Shown here in pieces: positions 15,150 to 25,947 of a stretch of DNA of 39,244 nucleotides. Below the pieces are notes generated by a model. It saw nothing but the letters and a program-made list of their open reading frames with translations, was not told the DNA's origin and ran no database searches. The DNA lies in the UHGV virus genome UHGV-0144129. One strand, 5' to 3'. Position 1 is the first letter of the stretch; the number at the start of each line of letters is the position of its first letter. This DNA is from a virus. The position numbers and the translations under genes were made by a program.

Positions 15150-15713
15150 TTGAAAACCATATCTATATTAAAGGTTGCATTAGGCGTCGCTATTATTTTG
15201 ACTCTCTCAATATTGTTTTATTTTTACCACAAAAAAACTGCTATTGCTCTTGATGGTCACGCGGCAAACTCATTTTTCTCAGAGTACATAGTGCCGCTAT
15301 CAGGAAGCGGTATAACAAATAAATATACTGACTATGACATCAAATATGGAATTGATGATGGGGAGACTATTGCATTACATGTAATCATTAAAAACCTAAT
15401 GACAGTAAATAAAAATACAGACTTCAACGATAAAAATACAATACATCACAACAACAGCAAAACATTAATTTCTTATAGTAGCAACATCTATACGGATAAA
15501 TACCTAAAATACATCTCAGAAGATACAATAAAAGCAACCAGCGAAAAGTTAAAAAACATATATTGTGCATCCGGCAGTTTTCACAAATTATCGCCGCAAG
15601 AGCGTTTATTCTACGAAGCAAGAAAACAACGTAAGTCAATAATATTACATTATTATGCTGATTCAGGGGAGTCACTCATATTTAATATTGGGGTTTCCCC
15701 TGAATCATGCTAA
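15150..15713 (+). CDS. AT-rich membrane-anchored moron protein (candidate superinfection-exclusion or defence factor)
   Basis: Best start is TTG at 15150 with SD AAGGAG 7 nt upstream (the ORF track starts it at 15102). N-terminal TM helix (ISILKVALGVAIILTLSILFYF), then an N/K/Y/I-rich domain. Opposite strand to the flanking virion genes. Confidence 0.45.
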   Translation: MKTISILKVALGVAIILTLSILFYFYHKKTAIALDGHAANSFFSEYIVPLSGSGITNKYTDYDIKYGIDDGETIALHVIIKNLMTVNKNTDFNDKNTIHHNNSKTLISYSSNIYTDKYLKYISEDTIKATSEKLKNIYCASGSFHKLSPQERLFYEARKQRKSIILHYYADSGESLIFNIGVSPESC

Positions 15714-15724
15714 AGGCGTTTAAC

Positions 15725-18700
15725 TCACCGCATCACCGGATCCACCTGGTTTATTAGTGGCGCAATCCAGAACAGGTTATTGCCTGGTATCAGGGTTCGG
15801 ACATTATGCACAATACGATCACCGGCATCACCATTCAACACTCCTGCGGTCACATCAATGATGCTATCCGCAAGACCAAATGACGGTCCGAATAGAGATC
15901 CTACGAATCCACGACTGGCATACCTAGACTGTGTGCCAGTGCCAAATAAAGCCCCCAGCCCAACAGCACCACCAGTAGCCTTTTCAGCCATGTTGTTATA
16001 TTCCATCAATGGCCCAAGAATACCGGATCTATCTATACCCTCAAGCACCAGCTTCTCTGGTGACCAGTCAACATTTTTCCCTTTCGATGCTTCTTTTAGC
16101 GCATAGACCAGTGAGCCAAGAGCAATCTGAAATGCAGTGCCATAATAAAATTGCGCAGTTCCTTCCTGTAACCCACCAAGTAGCGCACGGTTGTATGAAG
16201 CCGTTGTGAATGATTTAAACTGAAATATCGTTCGCCCCATTGGAGTACTCGCCCATAAAGGTGTGTCACCAATACCGGGGGTGATGATAGTGTTATTAAC
16301 GTCTTTCAGAACCGCTGACTGGAATACTCCGGCAACGTACTGATCGTCCCATTTATCAAAGTTACCAATGTGCCATCCATCAATTACCTCACCATGTTTC
16401 TCGAACTCACTGCGAATACGCGCAGCCATATTGTCGTTGATACCGAGTTTTGCCATGCGACGTGCAGAAAACGCACCAGACAAAATACCGTCTGACGTGA
16501 GCATTCCGTTCATGGATTTGTTTATGTCATTAAATCGATCCATGAGTGTCAGCTTGCCGAAGGCATCAGTAATTCGCTCCATTCCTGCTTCGACTGCTGT
16601 TGTCCTGGAAGAACTGTCAACAAGATCACCAATTGCACGAGAACGTGAATGTAGTACAGCTTCCAATCCAATCCCCATCTTCAACATCTCTTCTTTGCTG
16701 GCCTTAAATGCCGGTGATTGGGATATCTGAGAAGCATAGCCTTTCATGGTGTTACGGAAACCATTAACCATAACCCCTCTGGCCAAATCTGGAATAGCTG
16801 ATACTGTCATTCCACCGAGTTTGGTCGTGAAGTTCACATCCCGCAGAAAAGCGCCAGCACGAACAAAAAACGAAGACGGATCATCAGGCATACCATATGT
16901 ACCAACAAGACGATCGCGTAATGCTGTTATGTCTCTGAGATCATTTGCTCTTGATTTTGAAAGTCTGGACTGTTCTTTCCGTAATTCCTTTTCGTACTTT
17001 CGCATTAATGAATCGAGTTTACCCTGAGGAACAACTTCACCATTGCTCTCATAACGTGCTTTCAGATTTGCCACACTTTCGTCATATTTCGCCTTTATTT
17101 TTTTAGGCACTTCCCGTAACAGACTGTCATATTCGTCCTCAATTAATTGCAGACGCTCAGTCATAGTTCGTTTGCCAAATGTTCTCGTCAGCTCAATTTC
17201 TGCTGCCGCTTCACGGATATGACGTTGCAGCACGTAATTCACATCACTTTCAAGATAATCCCTGATAAGACTATCAGGAACATTTAATGTTCTTTCTTTC
17301 GTACTACCTGCGGCTTTTACAGAAAATACGCTGACAAAATCCTGTGGAACCTTAGCACCAGTAATTTTATTAATTACGATATCCGCTGCAATTTCAGCAT
17401 CCTCAGGATCCAGTGTTTTATTTCCTCTCGACCACCAGTCAACCAAAATACGTCGAAATTTATCGCGTTCACTGATTATTTTTCCAACTTTATATATGCG
17501 TGGGAAATAGCTTGCCTGGCCTAATGCTTTCAGTTCTTCATCTGGCGGCAATAAACCAAGCTTTTGCATTTCAACTTTCACCCGATTTAATACAGTTCGC
17601 ATCGCCTGCGCCGTTTCCTGAACAACAGGATTAGCATGCACATCACCGCTTCGCATAGCATTCCCAACCTGCTGACGAAATGAATCAAAACTCATGTCAC
17701 CACCATCAGCTTTATACTTTGCGTATGCCTGTTTATTTCCGACAACAACAGCAGCTTCTTCACGCTGCCATCCACGTGTACGGGTTTCTACAGCTACCGG
17801 TGTTTCAATCCCCCTTTCATTTCCTTTAAGGGTGAAATTATTTTCGGCTAACTCCAGCGTTGTTTTTCGCACCGTCTTGGACGGAGACTCCATTAACCTT
17901 GTCAAAGGAGTAAGATAGCTCCCTGCTTTCCATGCAGCCTTTCCAACCCACCCACCGGAAACAGGGGTTAAATCATCCAGAGTCGCTGTATCAATTTTCA
18001 TAGCACCAACACTACCACCATCGGAAAGCGAAGCGGCAGCCCTGTCAGTCGCTGATGTAATGCTCATATTATCAAGAGCATCAGCAACCTCACGTGTGGC
18101 TGCAGCCCGGACGGATGGCGAAAGCGCAACACCAGCACTGGCAAACACGCCGCTCATCATCGCACCCGCTGCAACGTGAGCGGCACTTTCACCCCATGAG
18201 CGTGTTATTTGCTGATTATTCAGTACAACCTCGCTTAATGCTGTACCGGCAGCACCAATCGCAATCTGTGAGCCAATACGCGCCAGTGCCCCTCCTTGAG
18301 CACCGGGAATAAACATTGACGCAACAGTAACCGGATCCATTCCCGCAGCAATACTGGCAAGGGTTCCAACTACGCCAGCATCAGACAATAAACGTCTGTC
18401 TTCATTTTCATCATCTATCTGCTGCTTAATCCACGCCGTTTCCTCTGGCGATCGGGAATCTGCAAATTTCGCCCCCCAGTATTCATAACCGTGCAACTCA
18501 TTTTTATCAGCATATGGGTTATAACCCTCGACCGGTTCAAACTGTCTGGCTGGGCGGAAAAAACCAGACAGAATATTGTTCTGTCGCATTGCAGCCCCCC
18601 ATACGGAAGGCTCAGGTGGCAATGGCTCAGGATTAGCCCCTTCCGGAAGGGCAACATCAAACCCAGTTTGTTCCGGCAAAACATTACCTGACGGGATCAG

Positions 18701-18739
18701 TCCGTTATTAAGATCTTCAGCTTGTGCATAAACTGGCAT
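15725..18739 (-). CDS. internal virion / ejection protein (T7 gp15/gp16-like by position)
   Basis: 1004 aa ORF, the last of the large genes between tail tubular B and the tail fibre. Assigned by synteny and size. Confidence 0.5.
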   Translation of the reverse strand: MPVYAQAEDLNNGLIPSGNVLPEQTGFDVALPEGANPEPLPPEPSVWGAAMRQNNILSGFFRPARQFEPVEGYNPYADKNELHGYEYWGAKFADSRSPEETAWIKQQIDDENEDRRLLSDAGVVGTLASIAAGMDPVTVASMFIPGAQGGALARIGSQIAIGAAGTALSEVVLNNQQITRSWGESAAHVAAGAMMSGVFASAGVALSPSVRAAATREVADALDNMSITSATDRAAASLSDGGSVGAMKIDTATLDDLTPVSGGWVGKAAWKAGSYLTPLTRLMESPSKTVRKTTLELAENNFTLKGNERGIETPVAVETRTRGWQREEAAVVVGNKQAYAKYKADGGDMSFDSFRQQVGNAMRSGDVHANPVVQETAQAMRTVLNRVKVEMQKLGLLPPDEELKALGQASYFPRIYKVGKIISERDKFRRILVDWWSRGNKTLDPEDAEIAADIVINKITGAKVPQDFVSVFSVKAAGSTKERTLNVPDSLIRDYLESDVNYVLQRHIREAAAEIELTRTFGKRTMTERLQLIEDEYDSLLREVPKKIKAKYDESVANLKARYESNGEVVPQGKLDSLMRKYEKELRKEQSRLSKSRANDLRDITALRDRLVGTYGMPDDPSSFFVRAGAFLRDVNFTTKLGGMTVSAIPDLARGVMVNGFRNTMKGYASQISQSPAFKASKEEMLKMGIGLEAVLHSRSRAIGDLVDSSSRTTAVEAGMERITDAFGKLTLMDRFNDINKSMNGMLTSDGILSGAFSARRMAKLGINDNMAARIRSEFEKHGEVIDGWHIGNFDKWDDQYVAGVFQSAVLKDVNNTIITPGIGDTPLWASTPMGRTIFQFKSFTTASYNRALLGGLQEGTAQFYYGTAFQIALGSLVYALKEASKGKNVDWSPEKLVLEGIDRSGILGPLMEYNNMAEKATGGAVGLGALFGTGTQSRYASRGFVGSLFGPSFGLADSIIDVTAGVLNGDAGDRIVHNVRTLIPGNNLFWIAPLINQVDPVMR

Positions 18740-21456
18740 TATTTAGATCCCCACGAAAAGTAATCTTTAAATTTGTCCATACGTTCGTTATGCAGGCGCT
18801 GATACTGCTCATCCAGAGCGCGATGCTTGTCTTTGAAGTTTCGTATAGCCTGTCCACGCATAATTTCTTCCTGCTCGTACTGCTCCCGTTCCTGCTGCAT
18901 TTTCTTATAGGGTTCCCAATCTTCTAGTGATGGTTCCCAACGCATAGGACGCCCATGTTTGTTATAAAACGGCTGGACCCGATCGATGCCATTTTCATCC
19001 TTAGTTCTTACCATAATGGCGTAATCACCATTACGGGGTGTTAACACGTCAGGGGTTATGAATAATTCTCCATTAATACGACTCTCAGGGGTTTTTGTCT
19101 CAACTACAGGAGCATTACCTGACGTGATCCCAAGCAACGTCGGGCTGGTTGTTATAATCTCTTTGCGCTCACCGTACATCAGCCGTTCTTTTTCAGCTTT
19201 CCACTGCGCCGCCTGCCAGCCTGACGGCCCATATTGATAAAGCGCCTCCGGTGCATATTTCATAAACTGCGCTTCTCCGTTAACCTCGCTGATACTCCAG
19301 GTGCGGGCTATCTGCTGGTTGGTCATTTGCTTCGCTACGTCAGCGTTACCACCAGCAACGCGGTAGTTAATGTCATACAGCGTCTGATAGTCATTACGGA
19401 ATCTAGCTGCTTCCGGCGTCTGGTCATCCGCAGACGGATCCCAACGGAACCACTGCGCCATATTGCTGACAGCAGAATTCATCGCCTTGCTGCGATCATT
19501 TTTGTACTCTTTTGAACTCTGCGTTGATGCCAATTGAGCTTTAAGAGCATCGGTCTGGTTGTACGTAAGGTTCTGCGCCTGCTCGATAGCCGCATCAGCA
19601 GACATGCCAGAATCAGTTAGTTGCTTAACAGTCAGATAAAAACCCTGCATATCCTTCGGCATATTTCCAATAGATGCATTGTCTGTTTCATATAACCGAC
19701 TAAACAGTTCCGCCGCATTTTTAACCACTTCCTGATTGCTGGATCGGGATACTGCTGAAAGCTGCGTGATGACCTGCGAAGGCATTATGCCAGTCTGAGC
19801 CACAAGCCGAACAACCCCATCATGAGTGGAGGCATCATTAATACGAAAGTTCTGCGCCATTTCTGTGTAATCAGCAGCTTTCTGCATTGACTTGTTGCTT
19901 GGGTCTAATTTTTCACCTATTGTCAGCGCCTCATTGAATCTGCGTGAATCCCGTTGCGCCTGAATTGCTTCATTTGATCTCTGAAGCAATGCAGACAATT
20001 TTCCGTAAGCATCGAGTTTTAACGCATAGTGAGGATCGTTAACCTCAGGCTTCACTTTCTGCATTTCTTCTTGCTGCTGAGAAGGAGGCAAATACTGAAT
20101 TGCCTGGAATATTCTCGCGTTATCAATCGCTATATCCAGTTGATTGATTATTTTATCTGCGTTTTTTCCATACCCCCTGATGATGGTCTCCTGAGCCGGT
20201 ATATAATCTGGAACCTCACCGTTATATAGCTGGGCCATGGTGTTATTAATAGCTGGCTCAAGCTGTTCTAATATTAACTTCCTTTGCTTTTCTATCTGAC
20301 TATTAGCAAGGTTATCTATTTGATAAATAGTCAGCGGATCCATTCCAGTTTTATTTTTTCTATATCGGGAAAGCCACCCTTGTGTTTCTGATGGAAGATT
20401 TCGGATAAATTCTTCTTCTGATATTTCACCTTTACGTGGATCACCGACTTTAGCGATCAGTTTATCCACGTTACCCATCCCCCAGTTATATGCTGCTCCG
20501 GTCAATATTTCGGAACCGTACTTACCATACAGTTGATTTACATAGTCACTGGCGAGCATTTCATGCTGTTGTTCGTCCGTAGGGTTGTATTCAACGCCAC
20601 GCTTGGCCGCCAGTTCTTTTCCTGTGCCCGGCATTAACTGGTATTTCCCCTGGGCTCTCTCTCCAGAAGATGTTATCGGTCCCTCAAGAAGACTACCATC
20701 AGGATTAAAATGTCGATCACCTGATTCAACAAGGCGTATGGCACGCATGTCCATGCCTCCAGAATCATTTTTCTGAAACAGACCATTTAGCCATCCTTCT
20801 GGATTGGCAGCGGCATAATTCTTCGCCCGCATTTCTGTGGCACTGCGATCATCACTTTCTATTTCTTCCAGAATGCGTTCTTGTGACCATCCCCTGGCAG
20901 CTCCATATCTGGCAATGGCTACCATTCTGGAATTTCTGGCTAAAGTGGCAGTTTGCGGGTCATTCCAAGCATCCGCTTCATTTTGTATCCATAATTTTCT
21001 CGTTGCCTGATATTGCTCATCTTCATAGGCATTTGTCTGCCCTATCTCATGTCTGAGAACTCCAGTACTGAACTGAATTTTCTGTGTTCTGGCTTGTTGC
21101 AAAAACATATTTCTTGCAGCTTCATCAGTCAATGAAGCAGCTATTTCTTCCACATCCTGATCAAATCCAGATATGTACTCTTGCCCCTTACCAATCGCAT
21201 TTTTGCCTTGTTGTGCATAAAAACCGGTTTGAGGGTTATAAAGACGTTCATTGCTGCGCTGATTAAGCTGAAGGATGGCATCCTGAGACAATGCAACATT
21301 CGCTTTCTGCCTGGCTTCACCATATGCCACCGCATACTGATCTGCGACATTCGCCAGCACTTGGCCTGCTTGAGGAACATCGAAGGTCTGAAAACCACCA
21401 GTTTGCACACCACGACTTTGCACCTGACGTCCGGATGTAGTAGGAACAACAGGCAT
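18739..21456 (-). CDS. internal virion protein with lytic transglycosylase (SLT) domain
   Basis: SLT motifs LVESG ... GKYQLMPGTG ... AAYNWGMGNV (ES / GLMQ / AYNAG pattern). 905 aa. Position matches T7 core proteins. Confidence 0.65.
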   Translation of the reverse strand: MPVVPTTSGRQVQSRGVQTGGFQTFDVPQAGQVLANVADQYAVAYGEARQKANVALSQDAILQLNQRSNERLYNPQTGFYAQQGKNAIGKGQEYISGFDQDVEEIAASLTDEAARNMFLQQARTQKIQFSTGVLRHEIGQTNAYEDEQYQATRKLWIQNEADAWNDPQTATLARNSRMVAIARYGAARGWSQERILEEIESDDRSATEMRAKNYAAANPEGWLNGLFQKNDSGGMDMRAIRLVESGDRHFNPDGSLLEGPITSSGERAQGKYQLMPGTGKELAAKRGVEYNPTDEQQHEMLASDYVNQLYGKYGSEILTGAAYNWGMGNVDKLIAKVGDPRKGEISEEEFIRNLPSETQGWLSRYRKNKTGMDPLTIYQIDNLANSQIEKQRKLILEQLEPAINNTMAQLYNGEVPDYIPAQETIIRGYGKNADKIINQLDIAIDNARIFQAIQYLPPSQQQEEMQKVKPEVNDPHYALKLDAYGKLSALLQRSNEAIQAQRDSRRFNEALTIGEKLDPSNKSMQKAADYTEMAQNFRINDASTHDGVVRLVAQTGIMPSQVITQLSAVSRSSNQEVVKNAAELFSRLYETDNASIGNMPKDMQGFYLTVKQLTDSGMSADAAIEQAQNLTYNQTDALKAQLASTQSSKEYKNDRSKAMNSAVSNMAQWFRWDPSADDQTPEAARFRNDYQTLYDINYRVAGGNADVAKQMTNQQIARTWSISEVNGEAQFMKYAPEALYQYGPSGWQAAQWKAEKERLMYGERKEIITTSPTLLGITSGNAPVVETKTPESRINGELFITPDVLTPRNGDYAIMVRTKDENGIDRVQPFYNKHGRPMRWEPSLEDWEPYKKMQQEREQYEQEEIMRGQAIRNFKDKHRALDEQYQRLHNERMDKFKDYFSWGSK

Positions 21457-22034
21457 CAGTAACCTCCTATTTTGAATCGGGAGTCAGAATTCATAAAGCC
21501 TGAGTTAGATAACATTGGCGTTCCACCACCAGATGCACTTCCTTTAGAGAATGGGCTCCACGTTCCTCCGCTCATCTGGTATGCACCGTATGCTTTTAGT
21601 GGTGCCGTTAACAAAGTGCTGGTCATCGATGATTTAGCAGCCGACTGAGCAGCAGCCCCCTGTGCCTGAGCATTCATTCCCTGAACCTGATACCCATATG
21701 CCTCACGCTGAGCATTATTCACTGTCGTTAACGCATCAAGAGTGCCGAACTGAGCATTATCCGCAAAAACGTCAAGAGCTGTTCCGCTACTTAATTCCGC
21801 ACCGGTAGCCCCCATAGTAGCCGCCGCAGTGCCTGAGCGTTGACGCATTTCACGACGACGCTGATCCGCTTCAATATTCCCACGATTGATTGAATCCTGT
21901 GCCTGAGCTTCAGCAATTTCAGTATTCCGATCTGCTATGGCTGACTGGTATTTTGCCTGCTTGCTCTGGCTGTACATTGACGCTGCTGTGGATGCCACTG
22001 TGACGGCAACCAAAGCGATGGCTGGGTTACACAT
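21456..22034 (-). CDS. internal virion protein (gp14-like by position)
   Basis: 192 aa, Ala/Gln/Gly-rich with an N-terminal hydrophobic segment. Synteny only. Confidence 0.4.
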   Translation of the reverse strand: MCNPAIALVAVTVASTAASMYSQSKQAKYQSAIADRNTEIAEAQAQDSINRGNIEADQRRREMRQRSGTAAATMGATGAELSSGTALDVFADNAQFGTLDALTTVNNAQREAYGYQVQGMNAQAQGAAAQSAAKSSMTSTLLTAPLKAYGAYQMSGGTWSPFSKGSASGGGTPMLSNSGFMNSDSRFKIGGY

Positions 22035-22498
22035 TATTTTCTCTCCATGTGAAATCTGTGGAAATTAAGACCAAGAGCACCATAAGGCGCGGCTTCTTCA
22101 AGCCTGAATCCAAGCCAGTGCAGCCATGCTTTGGCAACATGGTTTCGCTCGTCGACGTAGTTTTCCAGGCGCGGATAAACTGCCAGCATCTGCTGCAATA
22201 CAGGGCGGCAGTGGCGAAGAAATGTCTTCTGATATTTTTCAATACGGCTGGTTCCTACCAGCCAGGGCGTACCATTGCCACCGATCATTGACGCCGGAGA
22301 TACGCCAAACATGGTTACCAGTTCTCCGTTCGCAAATCCTGACCAGGCCATAGTCGCAGTGCGAAGACCAACACGCAGCGCATCTTCGGTAGTCATCAGC
22401 GATACCGCATACAGTTCGTCAATATCAGCCTGACGAACATCCGGCAAAATCATCTGAAGATGCTCTTCGGTAGCGGGAACAATTCGAACATCGATCAT
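22034..22498 (-). CDS. virion assembly / internal protein (gp13-like by position)
   Basis: 154 aa ORF between the gp12-like and gp14-like genes. Synteny only. Confidence 0.35.
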   Translation of the reverse strand: MIDVRIVPATEEHLQMILPDVRQADIDELYAVSLMTTEDALRVGLRTATMAWSGFANGELVTMFGVSPASMIGGNGTPWLVGTSRIEKYQKTFLRHCRPVLQQMLAVYPRLENYVDERNHVAKAWLHWLGFRLEEAAPYGALGLNFHRFHMERK

Positions 22499-24969
22499 CA
22501 GAATCCCCCAACAGTAAGGCGAGGAATAACGGCAAGAACAGACAGCGGCAACGGGTCAAGCTGACGGATTCTTACACGTCCGTTTTTGCCCCAGTTACTG
22601 TCCAGTTTCACTTCTACTTTTCCGGTAGCGTCATCAACAGGATCATCGTAGAACTCGAATTCACGCTGTGGATATTCGTACCATTTACCGCCGGGCGTAG
22701 TCGCCCAGATGCCGCGGCTGGCATTCACAACCAGAGTAACGGATGGGATCACCTGTTTTTTGTCCAGCAGCGTTTCCTGTCCGTTAATGTTGATATCCAG
22801 TGTTTCGAATTCAGCAGTTATTGGCAGGCCGATGTGCACTACAGCCCCCGGTGATTCCAGCGTGACGGCACCTCCGGAAACTACTTTCTGTGGTTCCACG
22901 TTCGCATCAGAGAGGATGTTTACGGTCTGACCTTCAAGATGAGACAAGCCGCCAAATGCCCGGCGCGCCATCTGCCAGTTCGTGGTGGCCACATTCCTGA
23001 GGGATGGCGGGACGTTCCTGTTAGCACGAACCACTACAGCGGTGTTGCTGGTTACAGAAATAATGTCGCAACGTAATTCTTTTGACACTTCATCGCCAGT
23101 ATCAGGATCAGTTCCGGTATAAGGGAACTGTAGTTGCGCACCGACATCACTACTGGTGAAGTACGCACCACCAGAAATACTGATTGTATATTCCGCGCGG
23201 TAATCCCATTCGCCAGAACCACCAGTGATGGTCATCGTTCTGTCAGACGTATTTCTTCCATCATAGCTAAGGCCAGAATCAACAAAGAAAGCATCTTCAT
23301 CGCTGGTAAATAAACGGCTGGACAGTCGCTCGATGTATCTCACTGTTTGCCCGTTAACGGTTCGGTTAACGACGAAATACACTGCATCTTCATTTCCTTC
23401 GCTGATACTGCATGTGCTTTCATATTTTCCGGTACTGGATTGTGGTGCCCATGCAAAAACCTGCTGATCACGCAAATAGGTCATCACCAGTAATTTACCG
23501 TCATCACGAATGCAGAAGGCGCTGGAGTAAGGGACAATAGAGAAGCACCAGTCAACAATGCTGTGCTTCTGAAAAAGATGATTGGCAAGGATGGTCAGGT
23601 CGTTCCCCTGATAGCCGTCAACATCGAATGAGTAGGCCAGATCACGGACAACACTGCCTTTCTCCTGGACGAACAGAGCAATATTCGCCACGGCAATTGG
23701 TGGGACATTGCTAGAGCCATTTGATCCCTGAGAGCTGAATGCAAATGATGATGGGGTTAACACTTTGTTCTGGTCGCCGGTGATGACGTACTCACCTCCA
23801 GAAGTCAGTGCCACCAGCGAACCGACATCAATCAGGTGGCGGATCTCATTAACCTGACGCCCGGCATAGGTGTAGATAATTCTGTCGTCATCCTGCGTAG
23901 GATTGCTTTTGCCAAAATCCTTATAATCCCCGGTACGGCTGGCCCAGATAGTCTGAGGGAACGCAGTCGATGCGGCGAAGTAAAGACGTTGTTGATAATA
24001 AACAACAGTGCCAGGATAACCATTAACACTGTTCCAGGCATATTTAGCCCATTTATAGCTGGCATTATCCTCGCCAACTACCTGCGAAGGGATATAGGAA
24101 ATCACCTCGGCAGTTGCAGTAGTTCCATTTGCAGCAGTGATACGGGCAATGCCAAAACCACTGTGCAGATATTCCCACTCAATGCCAGTATCATCATCAC
24201 CGGATCCGCCCCAGCCATCCCATGATGTGCCTTCTGTATGCGAAGGGCGCAAAGTACCTGTTTTGCCTGCTGTAACGGCGCGATAGTAGTTACTGTCTGC
24301 ACGGCGAATATCGCCAATCGACGTACTCTTACTGGTTTCCCATACCGGCACTGAATCCACTGCAGGCTGTTCCAGATAGAACAATTTGCCTACCTGCTCC
24401 GCGCCAAAAATAGAGGCGCTTGCCGTTAACGTAATTGTCCCGGTGCTGGCGCTGGCATAAACCGTCACTGACTCGTCAATATTGATATCTTCAAATGGCC
24501 CGTTCTTCGTTACCACATCAACCAGTTGCCAGTTGTCATGAGCATATCGGCGCAACTCTTTCGGCGGGTATGCCGGGTGAACCAGCGTAAGCACGTCGGC
24601 GCTTTGCGTGAATTTAATTCGGAACAGATCGGCTTCAGTATATGGCGTGGCAATTTCATAAATAACATTGCTGCTGTTCAGCACCAACGCACCATCTTTG
24701 ATAACGCGCATGTACTGGTGTCCGAACTCCAGAGCATAGGTCTGAACCGTCGAGAACTGGAACGGAATCAGGCGGCATTTCCGATTTGGGTATTTGGCGG
24801 CACCGACAAAACGCGTACCAGGTCGATTCTCAACGCCGCCATACTGCCGCACGATAAAGTTATCGCACTTGCGCAATGCCACCTGGTACTTCGCCATGTC
24901 GATACGACCGTACAACGACGGTCCAATCTCACCACCGGCAAAGCTGGGCTGGATCCAACTGATAGCCAT
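22498..24969 (-). CDS. tail tubular protein B (T7 gp12-like nozzle)
   Basis: N-terminus MAISWIQPSFAGGEIGPSL parallels the T7 gp12 N-terminus (MALISQSIKNLKGGISQQP, from memory). 823 aa. Directly after the gp11-like gene. Confidence 0.65.
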   Translation of the reverse strand: MAISWIQPSFAGGEIGPSLYGRIDMAKYQVALRKCDNFIVRQYGGVENRPGTRFVGAAKYPNRKCRLIPFQFSTVQTYALEFGHQYMRVIKDGALVLNSSNVIYEIATPYTEADLFRIKFTQSADVLTLVHPAYPPKELRRYAHDNWQLVDVVTKNGPFEDINIDESVTVYASASTGTITLTASASIFGAEQVGKLFYLEQPAVDSVPVWETSKSTSIGDIRRADSNYYRAVTAGKTGTLRPSHTEGTSWDGWGGSGDDDTGIEWEYLHSGFGIARITAANGTTATAEVISYIPSQVVGEDNASYKWAKYAWNSVNGYPGTVVYYQQRLYFAASTAFPQTIWASRTGDYKDFGKSNPTQDDDRIIYTYAGRQVNEIRHLIDVGSLVALTSGGEYVITGDQNKVLTPSSFAFSSQGSNGSSNVPPIAVANIALFVQEKGSVVRDLAYSFDVDGYQGNDLTILANHLFQKHSIVDWCFSIVPYSSAFCIRDDGKLLVMTYLRDQQVFAWAPQSSTGKYESTCSISEGNEDAVYFVVNRTVNGQTVRYIERLSSRLFTSDEDAFFVDSGLSYDGRNTSDRTMTITGGSGEWDYRAEYTISISGGAYFTSSDVGAQLQFPYTGTDPDTGDEVSKELRCDIISVTSNTAVVVRANRNVPPSLRNVATTNWQMARRAFGGLSHLEGQTVNILSDANVEPQKVVSGGAVTLESPGAVVHIGLPITAEFETLDININGQETLLDKKQVIPSVTLVVNASRGIWATTPGGKWYEYPQREFEFYDDPVDDATGKVEVKLDSNWGKNGRVRIRQLDPLPLSVLAVIPRLTVGGF

Positions 24970-25577
24970 CAGGACAACCTCGCAATGGTAAACTCGTCAA
25001 CCGGTGGCTGTGGTTCCTGTGATTCATTCTGGCTATGCGAGCCAGCACTAAGAATCACGCGATTGTACATATTGAGGGCAAACGTACCGAGGTCTGCATT
25101 CCCAGTCAGCGCCATGTTAATAGCTGCCGCAAGACGCCAGGCCAACGCCTCCATAAAAATGGCATCAAACATGTTCACATCTGTAACGCGAGAGACATAC
25201 TTGAGCCATGCCTGAGGCTGGTCTGTGTAGATCAACTTTCCTGTTCCGTTGGTGTCTGCACCAACTTCGTACTGAACGCGCATTGATGCTGTTGGATTGC
25301 GTACACCAGGAAGCATAATTTCAGTAATGCGCAGACAATCTGACGGGTACTGGTACGCATATTCCCAGTCAGGCGGTGGATTGCTCGTATCTGCAAGCGC
25401 CACGCGTTTGGTAGCAAAGTTCCAGTCAAAATCAGAAAGCACAGCATCACGGCAGGCCTCAAAGTGCAGCGAACATTCCCCCGCTTCCTTGCTGGCTTCC
25501 GTCAGGCTGTTAATGCTGCGGCTGTTGCCAATATTGGACAGCGCACGATTACAGATCTCTACTACAGAGGCCATCAC
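24969..25577 (-). CDS. tail tubular protein A (T7 gp11-like adaptor)
   Basis: VEICNRALSNIGNSRSINSL parallels T7 gp11 (AVNDILASIGEPPVSTL, from memory). About 200 aa. Directly upstream of the gp12-like gene. Confidence 0.6.
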   Translation of the reverse strand: MMASVVEICNRALSNIGNSRSINSLTEASKEAGECSLHFEACRDAVLSDFDWNFATKRVALADTSNPPPDWEYAYQYPSDCLRITEIMLPGVRNPTASMRVQYEVGADTNGTGKLIYTDQPQAWLKYVSRVTDVNMFDAIFMEALAWRLAAAINMALTGNADLGTFALNMYNRVILSAGSHSQNESQEPQPPVDEFTIARLS

Positions 25578-25903
25578 TCACCTCCGTTACCGTACAGAGT
25601 TTCAGCCGCTGATTTTTCTACATCCCCGGAAACAGGAGCGATCGCCATATCAGTGATCTGCAGATCGGCGCTGCGATTAACGCCATCGTCAGTTTCTCTG
25701 GCAGACAGGCCTCGAATAACAGCCTTTGCAGTTATCATCACTTCCGTTCCGACGCCCTGAGGTTGCGCCTTCAGCTTATTCAATGTGTCGTTATTAAGAG
25801 TGATGCACAGCCCCCACGGGTATTCATCGCGAGTTCTGGTTTCTCCGCTCTCATCCTGGTAGCTGTCAGTGCCGGTTTTGAGGTTTACGAGTTCCATATA
25901 CAC
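25574..25903 (-). CDS. hypothetical virion-module protein
   Basis: 109 aa ORF coupled to the gp11-like gene (overlapping stop/start). Confidence 0.35.
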   Translation of the reverse strand: MYMELVNLKTGTDSYQDESGETRTRDEYPWGLCITLNNDTLNKLKAQPQGVGTEVMITAKAVIRGLSARETDDGVNRSADLQITDMAIAPVSGDVEKSAAETLYGNGGE

Positions 25904-25947
25904 TCCTGCAATAAAGGGGCCGAAGCCCCTTGTCTGATTCGCGAGGC

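Noticed and set aside
24526-25215. 229-aa plus-strand ORF antisense to the gp11/gp12-like genes
   Set aside because: Lies wholly within well-supported minus-strand virion genes. Arg/Ser-rich, typical of antisense frames in GC-rich coding DNA.
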